A DNA stretch of 49,769 nt from assembly GCA_000934665.2 (NCBI GenBank), contig KZ538749.1, positions 1 through 49,769 on the forward strand, written 5' to 3'. The notes beneath the pieces were generated by a model. That model searched no databases. It saw only the letters and a program-made list of their open reading frames with translations, and was not told where the DNA came from. The translations under genes and the position numbers were made by a program. Source of the stretch: Catajapyx aquilonaris (lineage: Eukaryota). This document shows positions 35,757 through 48,092 of the stretch, one piece after another; positions within the stretch are counted from its first letter, which is position 1, and every line of letters begins with the position of its first letter.

Positions 35757-36350
35757 TTACAGTTCCATGTTCCCCAACTCGTTGGCTGTTTCCGGTACCC
35801 CCTCCTGTTGCGTCTTGGCCAGGCCATCCGTCTGGGCTCCCTTGATGCGCTGCTGCAGGTTGCAGATGTGATCTGCCATGATCTTCAAGGCCGCCCCGCG
35901 GTGATCTCCTCGCCTGTGGATACACACTAACCGGAGAGCCTCCTCTATTGCGGCGTGCTCCACCTGTCGCCGCACGCGGTACTGCCGGTCACGCCTACCC
36001 CGCAGGTAGGCTGCAGGTGTGGCGATGGTCACCACGGGCTCCCCTGGGCCTGCAGCTTCCAGAAGAATGGGAGGCCCAGACGCCTCCTACTCTTCCTCCG
36101 AGGCCGCCAGGTATCCGGTCCCCACCGACCGCATTCCCAAGGGAAAAGGCACGGGGTGTATCTTGAGCCCCTCACAGATGTCCCGGGGGGTGGCCGTCTT
36201 GATCACAGGGAATGGTTGGTCCTCCTCACCCCCGGAAGCAGCCAACACTTGAGCATATGTGACCCTGGCGTTGTTTTTGTTGTATCGCCCTCTCTTGGGC
36301 CCTCCCCGGCCACGGGAAGGATGAACCGCGGCCGCGGCCACCACCCACAC
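35757..36350 (-). pseudogene. Unknown accessory ORF upstream of a PPT, copy B
   Basis: RGRGGPKRG..TYAQVLA..QPFPVIKTATPRDICE...GMRSVGTGY; followed by AGGGGATGG|TG at about 35578-35567. Confidence 0.5.
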
Positions 36351-36759
36351 GTCGATAGGAGCCGTAACCCATGTCCATGTTGACCAGTTCGGTACAGACT
36401 GTGCAGAACAGGTGGAGTGATGCTCGGGATTTGCGTAGAAGGGGAGACCCTACCATAAAATGGTGAGGGAAAAAAGCAACGGTGATAGAGAAAAGGCGTG
36501 GTAGGGGAGAAATGTGTGGAAGGACCGACATACGGACACAACCCACGAAAATAACCCNNNNNNNNNCCCCCCCCCCCCAAAGCAATAACGGAACAAGCGC
36601 CCCTAAAGGCAAAGCAACCGAGAAAAAAGAGAGATGAAAAAAAATAAACTAAAGCAAGTACTTCGAGCTGCTAATTACGCACCCTATGACCAGTTCATAA
36701 CCAGCAACTACTCAAGTATCCGCTCCTACTAAAGTAATAGGAGTCACCCCCAATGAAAA

Positions 36760-37070
36760 CGAAAGAAAAGCGCCAAAAGGCAAACCCTCCGAAAAAAAGT
36801 CATGCAATTTTACTACTTGCATCTCACAGCCCCGTGCTAAAGTGAAACAGTTGTAATGGTGATATCGCTCACTGGATGTAGACTGTAGCACAAGGTATAC
36901 TTCCTTTTTTAGGAGATGTAAATCTGTAATAATCCAGAACACTGGACAGTTGTTGTCCACCAACACCAAAGTCATGCCGCAGCTGTTTCGTCTCAAAGCG
37001 AATTGTGCTGCAATTAAGCAGGGGTCCATATGTCATCATTTCTGGGTAATGAGTTTTAACCTAACGAACC
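36760..37070 (-). pseudogene. EnSpm/CACTA (animal type) transposase C-terminal fragment
   Basis: THYPEMMTYGPLLNCSTIRFETK matches 'HYP..I...GPL...W.MRFEAKH'; downstream DNNCPVFWIITD...YHHYNCF. Confidence 0.7.
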
Positions 37071-40000
37071 ATGTAATTCGACTCAGAAGGGCACACGCCG
37101 TGACCAAAGGAAGGTACACAACAAAAGGGTTCGTTCCAGTCTGTTTTAATGGTCTGCAATTGATATGACATTGTATGTGGTGGTGAGTTTAGGAAGGAGG
37201 AAGGAGAGGACTGAAGGAGCGACCAGTGGCCACCCGCGAGGGCGACCAAAGGCCTCGAGGTATCATAGGACTCCCCTTTTATAGAGGGAGAGGACAACGG
37301 TTTAGGGAAGGTGCAATGCATGTGCCCTAGGTGAGCAGGCAGAGGATCCTCTGCGCCTTCTCACCTAGGGCAATTCCATCTTAGAATGTCTCAAGGAATC
37401 TACATCCGAGAGAAAGTGCACCCGTCCATGGCCACACTGTATATCAACAAACCAGGCTCCAGAGGAATATACTCGAACAGGACGTACCCCTTCTGATTGG
37501 TCCACTTGAACCAGTACCACTTCTTCTGCTGAAGAGGTTGTTTACTTCTTGCCGTACAGCTCCGGGTCTTGGAGTAACGGAATCAGCAGGGGTCCCAGGG
37601 GGTCCGTGTTGGTGGGGTAATGGCTAGGCGTATTGGCTGGGGAGGATTTTGTCCAGGTGAACTAAAGTTGAAGTAAATAAAGCAGCATTGAAGTTCTTTT
37701 AGTAGTGTCTTATGATTGATTATATACTTCACAAGCCCGGTGTTTACAATGCTTTACCTGAGTAGTACTTCTTGTACCAAACTGGTGAAGTCGGCCAGCA
37801 CCTCCGCAATGGGCCTCACCTGGCGAGGCGTTTCACCCGCCATATTGATACACACGCTATCCTTCCACTCCCGTCAACAACCCGCTGCTGCCGCCAGGTG
37901 CTCCACACTATAGCATGACGACTTCTTGCGGCGCCGCCGTACGCCGGGAGGAGTATCGCTTAGCTCGTGCTACTGGGAGTTTCGTTCCCATTCTGGCCAA
38001 ATATTTTCCGTGCCCATGCTTTTTTTTGCCCATGCTTTTTTTGCCCACAAATTTCTTTGCCTACGCTTTTTTTTTGCCCCACAAACTTTTTTTTTCCAAA
38101 CTTGTTTCTGTTTGACCATGCTTAAATTTTCCTTGGTAATATTTTCCCGTTTCCCTCCCCATAGGAGACCAACTTGCGCCGGCCTAGGTCAATCCCCATG
38201 GGTTGGTGGGAGGTGAAGGAGGCTAGCTCATGCCAGCCGATTACCCTCGGGTTAGGTCGGTGTAGAGATTGGTATGGTGGTGAGGAGGCTAGCCAGAGGC
38301 CAGCCTATTAGCCCTCGAAGGTAGTGGGGAAGGTACGTGTAATAGGGGCTTAAAGAGAATGAGGGTGCTGAGGAGGGTGTGGGAGTGACGTAGAGGGAGG
38401 GTCGATGTATGAGGAGGGTGGTGTATTTTCGGATTTCCCCCTGGGGTAGGGTCGCCCCACGGGGGGTCGGAATGGTTGGGAGCGATGTGGAGGGTGGGAT
38501 ACGAAAATGTGCAACATAAAATAAAAACATAAAATAAGTCCATTGTTGAGGCACGCCATAGCTCTCCTCCTAATAAAAGAGCTATAATTCCCAATGGGAT
38601 TGTTGCTCCTTTTCAAAATATATACACTATATAAAATCATCATTGTCTGTTTCACTCCGTGGCAGTGTTCATTGTTAACTAAAAAACGGGGGGCACTGCA
38701 CTATTTTACAAGTGAATTGGGGAAGATGGTGGGGAGAACAAACTTCTGCGGCGGGGTGTGGCGGGGATTGGGGACACTGGAGGGTCCATAAAAAACTTGT
38801 CCACAATCATGTCCACTCTTTGACCACATCCCATTGCCGCACTTCCACAGATTGGACGGCTTGTACTGCCGCTCGCCTCTTCCTGGCAGCCAGGTCCCTC
38901 ATCCTGGCCCTTTTTTGTGTGGGGCCAGGAAGGTCCTTCCCGAATAGTGAGAGGATTTTCTCTTCAAAGTCCTCTTCTGCTGTCCCTCGCAATGAACTTC
39001 ACTATATCTATTTTCCCTCGAGCCCTCTGCCTTGCAAGCATGGAGCGCTTGTACACTTGCGCTCCAGCCCGCTTCTTCCTCCTGATGACACGTTGCGTCA
39101 GGTGGTAGGCGGCGATGGCGTCGGCAGTCCAGCAGTGTTTTAAATTGGGATACATAGGCACGTCGCCAGTGGCACCTGAAATGTACAGCATGGTCGCCAA
39201 AACTGTATGTCTAGTCGCCATTCTTTTATTTTATTATATACCATTACTGTTCCATAGCACATAATCGCCTATACAGCGTTAATATGCTTCACAATTCAGA
39301 ACCTTATTTTAGTATTTTACCAACTGCTTCTTTTTAGACACGGAACTGCAATAATAGCCTACACAAATCACATCAATGACTTATATTTATTTTTAATATC
39401 ATATTTTAAATAACAATGGTTATTTGAGCACCATACACACACAAACACAGCAGACATAAACGGGGCTCTGTATATGGGTCATTTTAAGAAATGAGAATAT
39501 TAAGAAATTGCGTACAACACCCTCGGTGTTGATTTTATGCTGGCGGACTCCTCTTCTTCCTCGTCAGCTGGTTTGCTGACTTTGGCAATGCTACTGCCCA
39601 CAAAAAAAAAACAAAATCCGAAATCTTCCGTTTTGCCATTTTCCTCGGGAGAGCACTTCTCGAGTCCGATCCGCCTCTCTTGCCGACTGCGACTCGAAAC
39701 AGTCGAAAGACTCTCTAACTTCCTTCCTGCCTTCGAGAGAGAGACACCGTAAGACTATTTCGAAACTTCTCTTTCTCTCCCCCCGTCCCCCCCCCCCGTC
39801 CCCCTCCCGTCCCCCTCCCGTCCCNCCCCCCCGTCCCCCTCAACCCTCAAGGCCTCAATGCACTCATGACTTACCTTCTTCACCACACCTTCCCTGTTCC
39901 CTCCACCCTCCTCCTAATTAGGTCCATCCTGTCCCGCTTTCCCCTTTCCCCTCCTCTCCATCTGGCTGTGACCCCGCGTAGCCGAGACCTTCCTGCTATC

Positions 40001-40179
40001 CTGCAACCTTATTTACCCCAACTTGGAACTTGAACTTGACCCCCGGAGTGAGGACTCCAACAAATACCAGACGATAATGAGCCACCAACAGAATCAGCAC
40101 TGTAGGAACGAAATTGAAAATACGAGGCAGAAATACAGTATTGGGAGGGAAAGCTAGTCGCCAAAGTGGCGACTTGCCA

Positions 40180-41130
40180 TCTTAAGTTGAAGGCAAGCCA
40201 CGATAAGAAAGTTCAGGCAACGATTGCGGAAATCGGTGATGAGTCCGGACGTTGCAGAATTCCAGGGTCTTCTAGTTGCTTCATCACTCCAACCCCCAAG
40301 TACACCTAAAAGACCATAACAGGGCAGTGCATGACCCTCTGCAGATTATGTGAAGCATGATGAGCGCACATAGTTTACCTGGTTCAATGGGAGGAAAACC
40401 TGCGCCTGTACCTCTGGGGCAGGGTTGGGGTTGATGTCCGCCAAGGGCGTCCTGCAGACGTGTTGTCGCTTCATATATGTCATAAGAAGGTCCTTATATG
40501 CCTCCGGCATTCTTTGGTGCAATGAAGTTACAACAACCTATAAGAGAGAAAGAGAGAAAGCACGATAAAAAGTATTTAGAATATATCGTGAAATCCTTCA
40601 TTACAAATTAAAATGCAATTACCTTCTCAGACTGGAAGTATTCGATCATTTTGGTGAACTTCGGTAGCGCCCAAAGGAGGAACTACAGATAATATGCCTT
40701 GATAAATGGGTTGTGGAGACGAGCGTTCGCAAAAATTCTGAAAGTGAGCCAGCATGCAGAGACGCTTTGAGGAGTTCTTGAAGAAGGCGTAGATGTCACG
40801 CGCAAGCTCTTCGGCCTCGCGAGGTATCTTTTTGCAGGCCTCGCTAGCCACCAGATGCACGGAATGGCATATGCATTTCATAACAGTAATTCCAGGACAG
40901 AGGGTCATGAAACGTGTCATCACAGAATTGTGACATCCCATCATCACCTTACACCCATCACTTGCGAAGTTGTGGTGAATATTTGACATTAAAGATGTGT
41001 GGCACTTAAACAAGAGGTCAAAGGCTTTTAATCAATTTTCTCCAACTTGCATGACTTCATGTTCCAACACAATAAAAAACTTAGTCATTCATTTTGTTGG
41101 ATCCCACCGCCAAAATATACGGTTGCGTAA
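40180..41130 (-). pseudogene. Intron-containing hAT transposase fragment (ZNF862-like)
   Basis: FASDGCKVMMGCHNSV...KCICHSVHLVASEACKKIPREAEELARDIYAFFKNSSKR; further exons AYKDLLMTYM..FLPLNQ | VYLGVGV..DFRNRCLNFLIVAC with a GT..AG intron at about 40380-40307. Confidence 0.9.
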
Positions 41131-41359
41131 CTCCATCTGTTTTATCCTTGGCCACTCTGGAAATATCCGTGCCAACCTGTGAAAGACACACACTCTAAAA
41201 TAATTTGAGTGAAATTAAAACGAGTTAGTGTATTTTAACCCATCTCAAACCTTCAGAATGGATGTCCTCAAATTTCAGTACATTGTACGCAATGGCTCGA
41301 GTAAAATTTTCAGAACTCAGAAATGTTGTGACAATAGGTACTCCTACTATTAGTCCCGG

Positions 41360-41662
41360 ATGTACGTCCAGTGTTACAACACGTTGTTCTCGGGGACAGG
41401 GACTCATTACAACAATGAGGGGAATGGAATTACTAGAGACGCGTACGACAAGGGTTACACCCTCTATGCTTTCGACATGACTCCCGACCTAACAGGCAAC
41501 AATGCAACGCACTGGAGCCCCATAAAACAAGGTAGTCTCCGAGTGGAGTTGGGATTTGCAGAACCCCTGCCGAACGCTGTAAACTGCATCATTTACGCCG
41601 AGTTTGATTCGCTGCTTCAAATAGACAAGGCTCGCAACGTTTCTCTTGAGATGACAGCTTGA
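41360..41662 (+). pseudogene. Polinton/Maverick major capsid protein, C-terminal fragment
   Basis: YNTLFSGTG...GNGITRDAYDKGYTLYAFDMTPD...GSLRVELGFAEPLPNAVNCIIYAEFDSLLQIDKARNV, the conserved C-terminus of Polinton PY/F54H12.2-like double jelly-roll MCP. Confidence 0.9.
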
Positions 41663-41669
41663 GACCGAC

Positions 41670-41830
41670 ATGAATGGGTTGCAAATTATAAGTCTTCTGA
41701 AACCGCCGCTGTCTCGTATTTTTCGCGGTGTTTACTCTGCGGACACTCTCCCGCGATATGTAAATTTACCCTGCGCTTTAATTGTTAATAGCGATAGAGC
41801 CTCGGAACCAACAGCATGGGAGTTGCTTGC
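41670..41830 (+). pseudogene. Polinton adenain-like cysteine protease, N-terminal fragment
   Basis: MNGLQI...FRGVYSADTLP...PCALIVNSDRASEP directly after MCP; broken at the G.HW motif. Confidence 0.85.
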
Positions 41831-42460
41831 TGGCCACACTGGCCACACTCAGTTGTAATGTCCCACACCTCAGGGAAGAATATCTGGTTTATGTGCGTCC
41901 TTGCAAATCCGGGGTAGCACGTCACGTCCACGGCCATCATGTCATAATGGCCGTATAACGCTGAAAGAGCGTGGTCGATGCCCACCTCATGGACGGTAGC
42001 TTCCACCACATCTGACACCGTCATATGTAGGAAAGTGAACAGAGCTCCCGTCTTGGCGCAGAAATGGATCGATCCGAGACCTCCATCGCCCTTCAGACCT
42101 GGCCTGCTTTCTCTGAAGGTGTGGCCTCCAAATTAGTAGGCTTTCTCTACGTTGGTCATGACCTCGTAGTGGTACGCGATTTTCACTCGATCTCTCTTGG
42201 CTGCCATGGATGCTGAACGGTGTTCCTTGACAGAATGAATGTATGGGTGGATATAAGGGAGTGACAGGGAGTGTTGATGGGAAATTACGGATAAGGTTAG
42301 AGGGAAGGACCAATGGGAATTGACTCCATAATTTCTAGGGGTTGATAATAAATCTGAAACGGTTACTTGAAGATTAGTGATGGCATGTGGAAAATTGTCT
42401 TCGCTGGGGCAATAAGTTCATCGCTAGGGTCCCCTGTTCTAGAATAAATCAATCACTGGG

Positions 42461-44960
42461 TTAATATAAAAAGTAAACATCTGTGACGTCGGCATAATCT
42501 ACTCGCTCGCCATCGACAGGTTTGTAAAAGAGTTTGTACGCCTCAGTCCTTCCTCCCATTAGGCTTTCCCTAGGATTTATTGGCTCCATGCAGGCAGGCA
42601 GGGTTGAAATAAATGCACGGAGCTCAGTATTTACTCTCATTTCCGCTCTAAACTTACACTCCCACATTACGTTAAATTCTACATTCCCAAGCCGTTTAAT
42701 AACACTTTCCCTCTGCATTGTACGTTGGTACCTGACATCCATAGTTGAAAATGGGTCTTCCTCTAACGACGCCCTGCGATTCGAGAAGCATATAGGACAA
42801 CCATGATAATAGCAACCGTAAAACACGTAAATGTGCGTGACGTCACCTTCCCGTAAGTATCCATCAACCTTGTATCTCATTACCCTCTCTTCAGCCAGCC
42901 CCATTCCCATTTCAAAATCGCCACATCAGATGAGCAATAATCCACTAACTGATCCCTAAGAATGAAGCCGCCATCTTCCAACCTTTCCTTCTCAACAGAA
43001 TGCCAAGTTAGGAACCTCTCCCTTTTACATTCATGCTGTCGGGATCGTAAAATGACACATCCGGCAAGGGACCCACATAATTCAGATTATCAGAACGATT
43101 AGCCAGATAAGGGAAATAGCCCTTCTTTAATTCTGTAAAACCAAAGACCTTGGGAAGCTCCGCTAAAGGCATAGGTAGAAAATTAGCACTATCCTTGTAC
43201 GTTACGTTTCCGTCGCTCATACACATTACCTTCAGACCATTCGCAATAATGGATGGCTCCCTACCTTGTCCCGTTACCAGCTCTCTAAGTATGAACTGAC
43301 CGTCGAATCCCTTTAAATTGTGGGCAATGACAATGACATCTTTAGCTTTACGCATGCCCCTTACATATTTGACAAAATCATGTAGCGCTGAAGAGCCATA
43401 AAACGTGTTCTTTCGTACCCCTCACTTAACTACACAATTCAGGATGGTTGCGATCCTGAGTGGTCTCTATATCAAAAAATATGAACACAAAGTCTGCTCC
43501 TTCCTTCTCTTTCCTGAGTTTCTTTTTTAAAGGCTCACCTACCCTCTGCAAATGTTTTGGAAGGTAACGCTCCAGGTGGGGAGGGGTGGTATATGGGCGT
43601 ATAAAACACATGTGCCCTGTCCGCACCATTACATTACAAACTTTACAGTACCTTTCGCCACAAACCTTACCTCGCTTGACCTCGCCTTACCTCGCTTTAC
43701 CTCGCCTTACCTCGCTTTCTCATGTCGATCAGAGACGAACATTTCTTGCACACAAAGAGAGTCTCGCATAAAGAAAGGGAAGCAGCATTGCTTACCAAGT
43801 GTCGCTCAAAGCATTCGATGCCATAAAAATCTCTGGAACAGTATTTACAATGAATAATCCTCGAGTCACCTTTACAGTTGGAAGCATCAGCACTGCATAA
43901 GCTTTTACAAAAGTGATTGCTCTCAGTTCCCTTCATGCAAATCATGCAAAAACTCTTAGTTAATAGCATAGCGGCAGGTGAAGTGCTAGGATTAAAATGT
44001 TCTAATTTTTGAGACCAATACAAATACAGGTGGATCCTGGGATGCTCTGTCGTGGACTCAGGTCCTTGTAGACCCATTCTTTCCCCTCGTCGCTAAATAC
44101 ACATATTCTATAACCTTTTAAATACTGTTGATACATGCGGACCTCCTCCCAAAGTACACCCATCGGTAGGAACCACCACACCCGCCGCTTCGGATAATTC
44201 ATCTGCAGCCTCCTTCTGGACGTCTGGATGACAAATATCGCGGGAATTATCTTTAAACTTATCATCAGATTTAACGATAGCTACGACAAGTGCTCTAGGA
44301 AGACATAGGTTGTCGCTGCTGCCTATTGACACTATAGAGCCTAGGACACTACACCTGTCTACATAATCAAACGTCTTAAAAATCTTGTAATTTTTGCGAC
44401 CACCCCCTGCCATGGCTGAAATATGAACTATATTAATCTGTAATATTCCACCCTCGGGTGAAATAACATTGGACCCTCTCTCAGATTGTGCAGCCGACTC
44501 CACCTGCAGTAAAATTGCGTTAGCGTCCAGCTGAGAAGCTCTCCTTGGATGTATAAAAACAGTATCCACACTAGACCCTCCTCCCCCTCCTCGTATCAGT
44601 TCAAGCTGTATGAAATCCCTGTCGTCGATTTCTACACGTCGTGTTCTGATGTACGCAATAATGCCCTAGACTACATTCCTTAGCCAAAAGAGGGGTGTGT
44701 TCGGGGACGGGGTCAATTCTGAGCGATATTTCCATAGCCGCGGTGTTAAGCCGCCTTAATTGGATTACATTTTCCCCGATTAACCTGAATCCATTGCTTG
44801 CACCAGGTGATGGGGAGGATGACGAGCTGGAAATTACTGGTGAATCAGAGGCATCTCGTACTGGGGAGGGCGGGGGAGTTACCCTTTTTCTCTTTTTCGG
44901 TGGGAGGGACTTTTCAGGCGGGGGGCTTACGGTGGGATTAGTCGACCTGACCTTTCTTTT
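42461..44960 (-). pseudogene. polB: Polinton/Maverick protein-primed DNA polymerase B, frameshifted and truncated
   Basis: DNLCLPRALVVA (OTU-like), Cys clusters, Exo I FIFFDIETTQ, Exo II IAHNLKGFDGQFI, DSANFLPMPLAELPKVFG..KKGYFPY, KVDGY..FYGCYYHGCPIC insert, PRESLMGGRTE, YADVT. Confidence 0.95.
43665..43718. repeat. 10-bp tandem repeat inside polB
   Basis: About five copies of CCTTACCTCG variants. Confidence 0.8.
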
Positions 44961-45576
44961 TTAAAGAGGCAATGCATTTCTATTAGAAGTGGTGGTCACA
45001 TGGGGGGATGAGGAACTTGCAATGTTGCCTCTGGTTACTGTAGGGGATATGATGGGTGAAGTAGGCATCCTGGAATGATTAGTGAGGTCAATAGCCTCTG
45101 GTAAAGGGGTTCATCACCTTCTCCGAGTGCCTGAAATCTTCCTTGGGAAAGAAATTGTGGAGGAGAATGAGGCATGTGTGGGGTGCTCTTCTTCCTCATG
45201 GTGGTCCATGCACCCCCTTTTCCCTGACTTCTTGTCGGGGCGCGAGCTGTAGGAGGTAAATTATCATTAGTGCAGGCAGGATAGCTGGGTGCCGGCGTCG
45301 TAGCGGTGGATTGAGCTGTCGAAGGGATATTAGTACTGGCAGGTTGCATAATAGCTGATTGCACTGTGCCGAGAGCTGCAGGGGGTATATTATCATTAGT
45401 GGATGGGGTGCATGTATGGGGTCGACCTTGTATTGGGTTCGGAGCGGGTGCGCTGAAGTATGGAAACGAGAATGCCGGTGGTATCAATCCAGGTGGAGGT
45501 ATGGGAAGAAAACCTGGTGGTGATGGTGGTGGTGGTGCGTTAAAAAACCAAGGTGGAAAGCAAGGGGGGGGGGGGG

Positions 45577-45656
45577 NNNNNNNNNNNNNNNNNNNNNNNN
45601 NNNNNNNNNNNNNNNNNNNNNNNNNNNNNNNNNNNNNNNNNNNNNNNNNNNNNNNN
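45577..45656. other. Assembly gap (80 N) within poly-G
   Basis: N run flanked by G tracts; a 9-N gap also at 36558-36566. Confidence 1.
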
Positions 45657-45744
45657 GGGGGGAGGGTTCATAACAGGTGCTAGGGGGATCAAAGCAGGGT
45701 ATGCAAGTGCTCCTGCTGAAACGCCGAAGACTCTCTGATGCCCA

Positions 45745-45995
45745 ATTTTTTTTTTGGGAGATGCAGCCTTTCCCCTAAAGACTACTCTCATGCGGCCATT
45801 TCCGGGGGAGAACTTGGATGAAGGAGTCAAGAGAATATTTAATTACAGACTGTCCAGGGAAAGACGCTGCATCGAGAATGCATTTGGAATCCTCAGTGCC
45901 AGGTGGAGAGTATTTGGACGACCCATGGGACTTGACGTGGACAATGTGGATAGGGTAGTTGTGGCAACAGTTGTTCTCCATAACTTTCTCCGCTC
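45745..45995 (+). pseudogene. PIF/Harbinger transposase fragment (DDE_Tnp_4)
   Basis: GDAAFPLKTTLMRPFPG...RIFNYRLSRERRCIENAFGILSARWRVF...VATVVLHNFLR. Confidence 0.95.
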
Positions 45996-46212
45996 CTGCA
46001 GCCCACGTCTACGCAGCCGGTCTTGGCCTTCAGAAGTGTATGTCATGCGATCCACATGCAATAGTATCGTTGTAAGGTCTTGTGTGCCGCCCGAAGCTAT
46101 TTAAGAGAAGAGTCTTGTTGTAAAATAAACATGGTCCATGTGCATCCAAATTTAATTTTTCCCTTATTCACAATTACTACAAATATATGTAAAACAAACA
46201 AATGGATATCAA

Positions 46213-46870
46213 TTAACAATCTTCAGCTTCCCTTTGGCACTCCACCAAAATCTGATCAAGCCTGATCTTCATGTCAAAATATTGGTTGCGTGGCAAGCTC
46301 CGCAACACGCGTACCACGTGAGCCCCATACGTGTCGTACTCATCTCCCTTTTGGCAGCACATTATTTGTCCTTCATTCTCTTGCAGTGCCGATGAAATAG
46401 AGTCAATCGATGAGCGGAGGGCTTCAGTGGGACCCCTTCTCCGCCCGAAACGCAGGCCCTGGTCCATTTGAAGTAGCTGTTGGGAATGTCAGTGGTGGTG
46501 GTGGTTGTCGGATTGATGTAGGTGGTCGGCCCATTGCTGCTGCCGGGGTTGAAGATGAAGGAGGAGGGGTTAACAAAGTAGGTGGTGGGTCTAGGGATGG
46601 AAGTGAGAATGTGGTAGGATCTGGGTCTGAAACTGGGGATGATTATGAGGCGGTTGGGGGTGAGGATGGCAATGGACCTAGATAATTGGAATTTTGAAGT
46701 GTGATGGGGATAAATTCATAGGGTGGGTGGGTGGGAGGAGGCAATGGTAAGTGAGCTGCCTTGCGTATCACATGGCTGCGTATCAAATGGCTCCGTCTCC
46801 TCCCTATGAGAGGCAGATTCCGCCATATGCTGCCCATGCACTGAGTGAGTGGGTCTTGAGACCTCTGCAA
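46213..46870 (-). pseudogene. Harbinger ORF2 (MADF/BESS-like) C-terminal part, convergent with the transposase
   Basis: Pro/Ser-rich linker then GDEYDTYGAHVVRVLRSLPRNQYFDMKIRLDQILVECQ*. Confidence 0.7.
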
Positions 46871-47003
46871 ATGAAAGCACTTTGCTTAATTATTCTATTA
46901 AATAATTTCCTGTGATGTGTATCGATCCAGTGATCAGTAGGCCTACCCAGGCACATGCGTGCCACCCACAATGTTCAGCGATTCAGACTTACTTTGAATA
47001 TAA

Positions 47004-47162
47004 AGGTGCGTTTACATGTGAACGATTTGACAAGCGAAGCGGAGCGATGTCATCGCCGAGTGACATAACCAATATTGTTTGAGGTGAAAGTAACAATATT
47101 GGTTACGTCACTCGGCTACGACATCGCTTCGCTTGTCAAATCGTTCACATGTAAACGGGACT
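47004..47162. mobile_element. Tourist-like PIF/Harbinger MITE
   Basis: TAA-AGGTGCGTTTACATGTGAACGATTTGACAAGCGAAGC ... GCTTCGCTTGTCAAATCGTTCACATGTAAACGGGACT-TAA; 3-bp TAA TSD. Confidence 0.9.
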
Positions 47163-47359
47163 TAATTGCCTACATTCACACATTCTCATAAATTGCATAA
47201 TAAATTGTGTGCATTTATAACAGACAAAACATCTTGACTTTTGACAGAGTTTAATATCAAATTTACAGACAATACAGAGTACCAATGATACTTACAAAAT
47301 TCAAATAACCGTAGAAATTGTTTGCTAATGTATACAGAAAACGAGAGACCGATTACGTG

Positions 47360-47600
47360 AACTTCTGTTTCCTAACTTTCTTAGAAGCAAAGTCATTGAT
47401 TACTTTATCAAAGTTAATTCGTCGAGCCATCTCTCTATTTTTTATTGACAGCAAAGCTAGATTGCTCAGCCTTTCCTGTCCCATTGTGTTTCGTAGGTAA
47501 TTTTGATCAACTTCAATTTTTAAATGACCGTTCGGCCTTAGCTACAGTGACAGGAACTGTCAAGTACATAATACAGGCTGTACACACATCAAGATCACGA
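47360..47600 (-). pseudogene. hAT C-terminal dimerization domain
   Basis: YLTVPVTVAKAERSF(fs)KLKLIKNYLRNTMGQERLSNLALLSI...INFDKVINDFASKKVRK. Confidence 0.9.
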
Positions 47601-47754
47601 GGACGTCGAGAATGAATGCGGAGAGGACGGACACGCGAGACTTCCCGCTGATGTCCACGAGTACTAGGATGTTTGTTGATCCTACGAAAAATTAAAAAAA
47701 AAAAAGGGTTTAATATCTCGGTAGCAGTGTGAGCAGACAATCTTTATAAAAACG

Positions 47755-48092
47755 AAGGTATACGTACCTGTGTAGATGTAAAGTCTTTTTGGAAGCAAAA
47801 TTCACCCCACAATGCGGGCATTTCCGGTCTGCCATCCGATCACGGACCGAGGGACAGTACAAGTCATAAGGGAATTTCTCAACATTTGAGTGCGACGGTC
47901 TCAGCGTGATGCACTGCCGAACCAGAAGTGGAGCAAAGCTCTCATTGGTGTGCACTTCCGGAGGAGGAATCACCAAGTTGGTTCCCTCTTGCAGCAATGG
48001 AAATGGCGCAGGAAGAAACCTTTGGTAGAGCAGCTGACGCAGACTGCTTCTGAATGGCGTGCAGCATGTCGCCACCTCACACTTGACTATCT
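47755..48092 (-). pseudogene. Zator-like transposase C-terminal exon
   Basis: IVKCEVATCCTPFRSS...RFLPAPFP...PYDLYCPSV...RKCPHCGVNFASKK..H, preceded by a polypyrimidine-AG acceptor. Confidence 0.65.

Noticed and set aside
39780..39840. C/G-run repeats as regulatory G-quadruplexes
   Set aside because: They coincide with Ns and homopolymer runs where base calls are unreliable.
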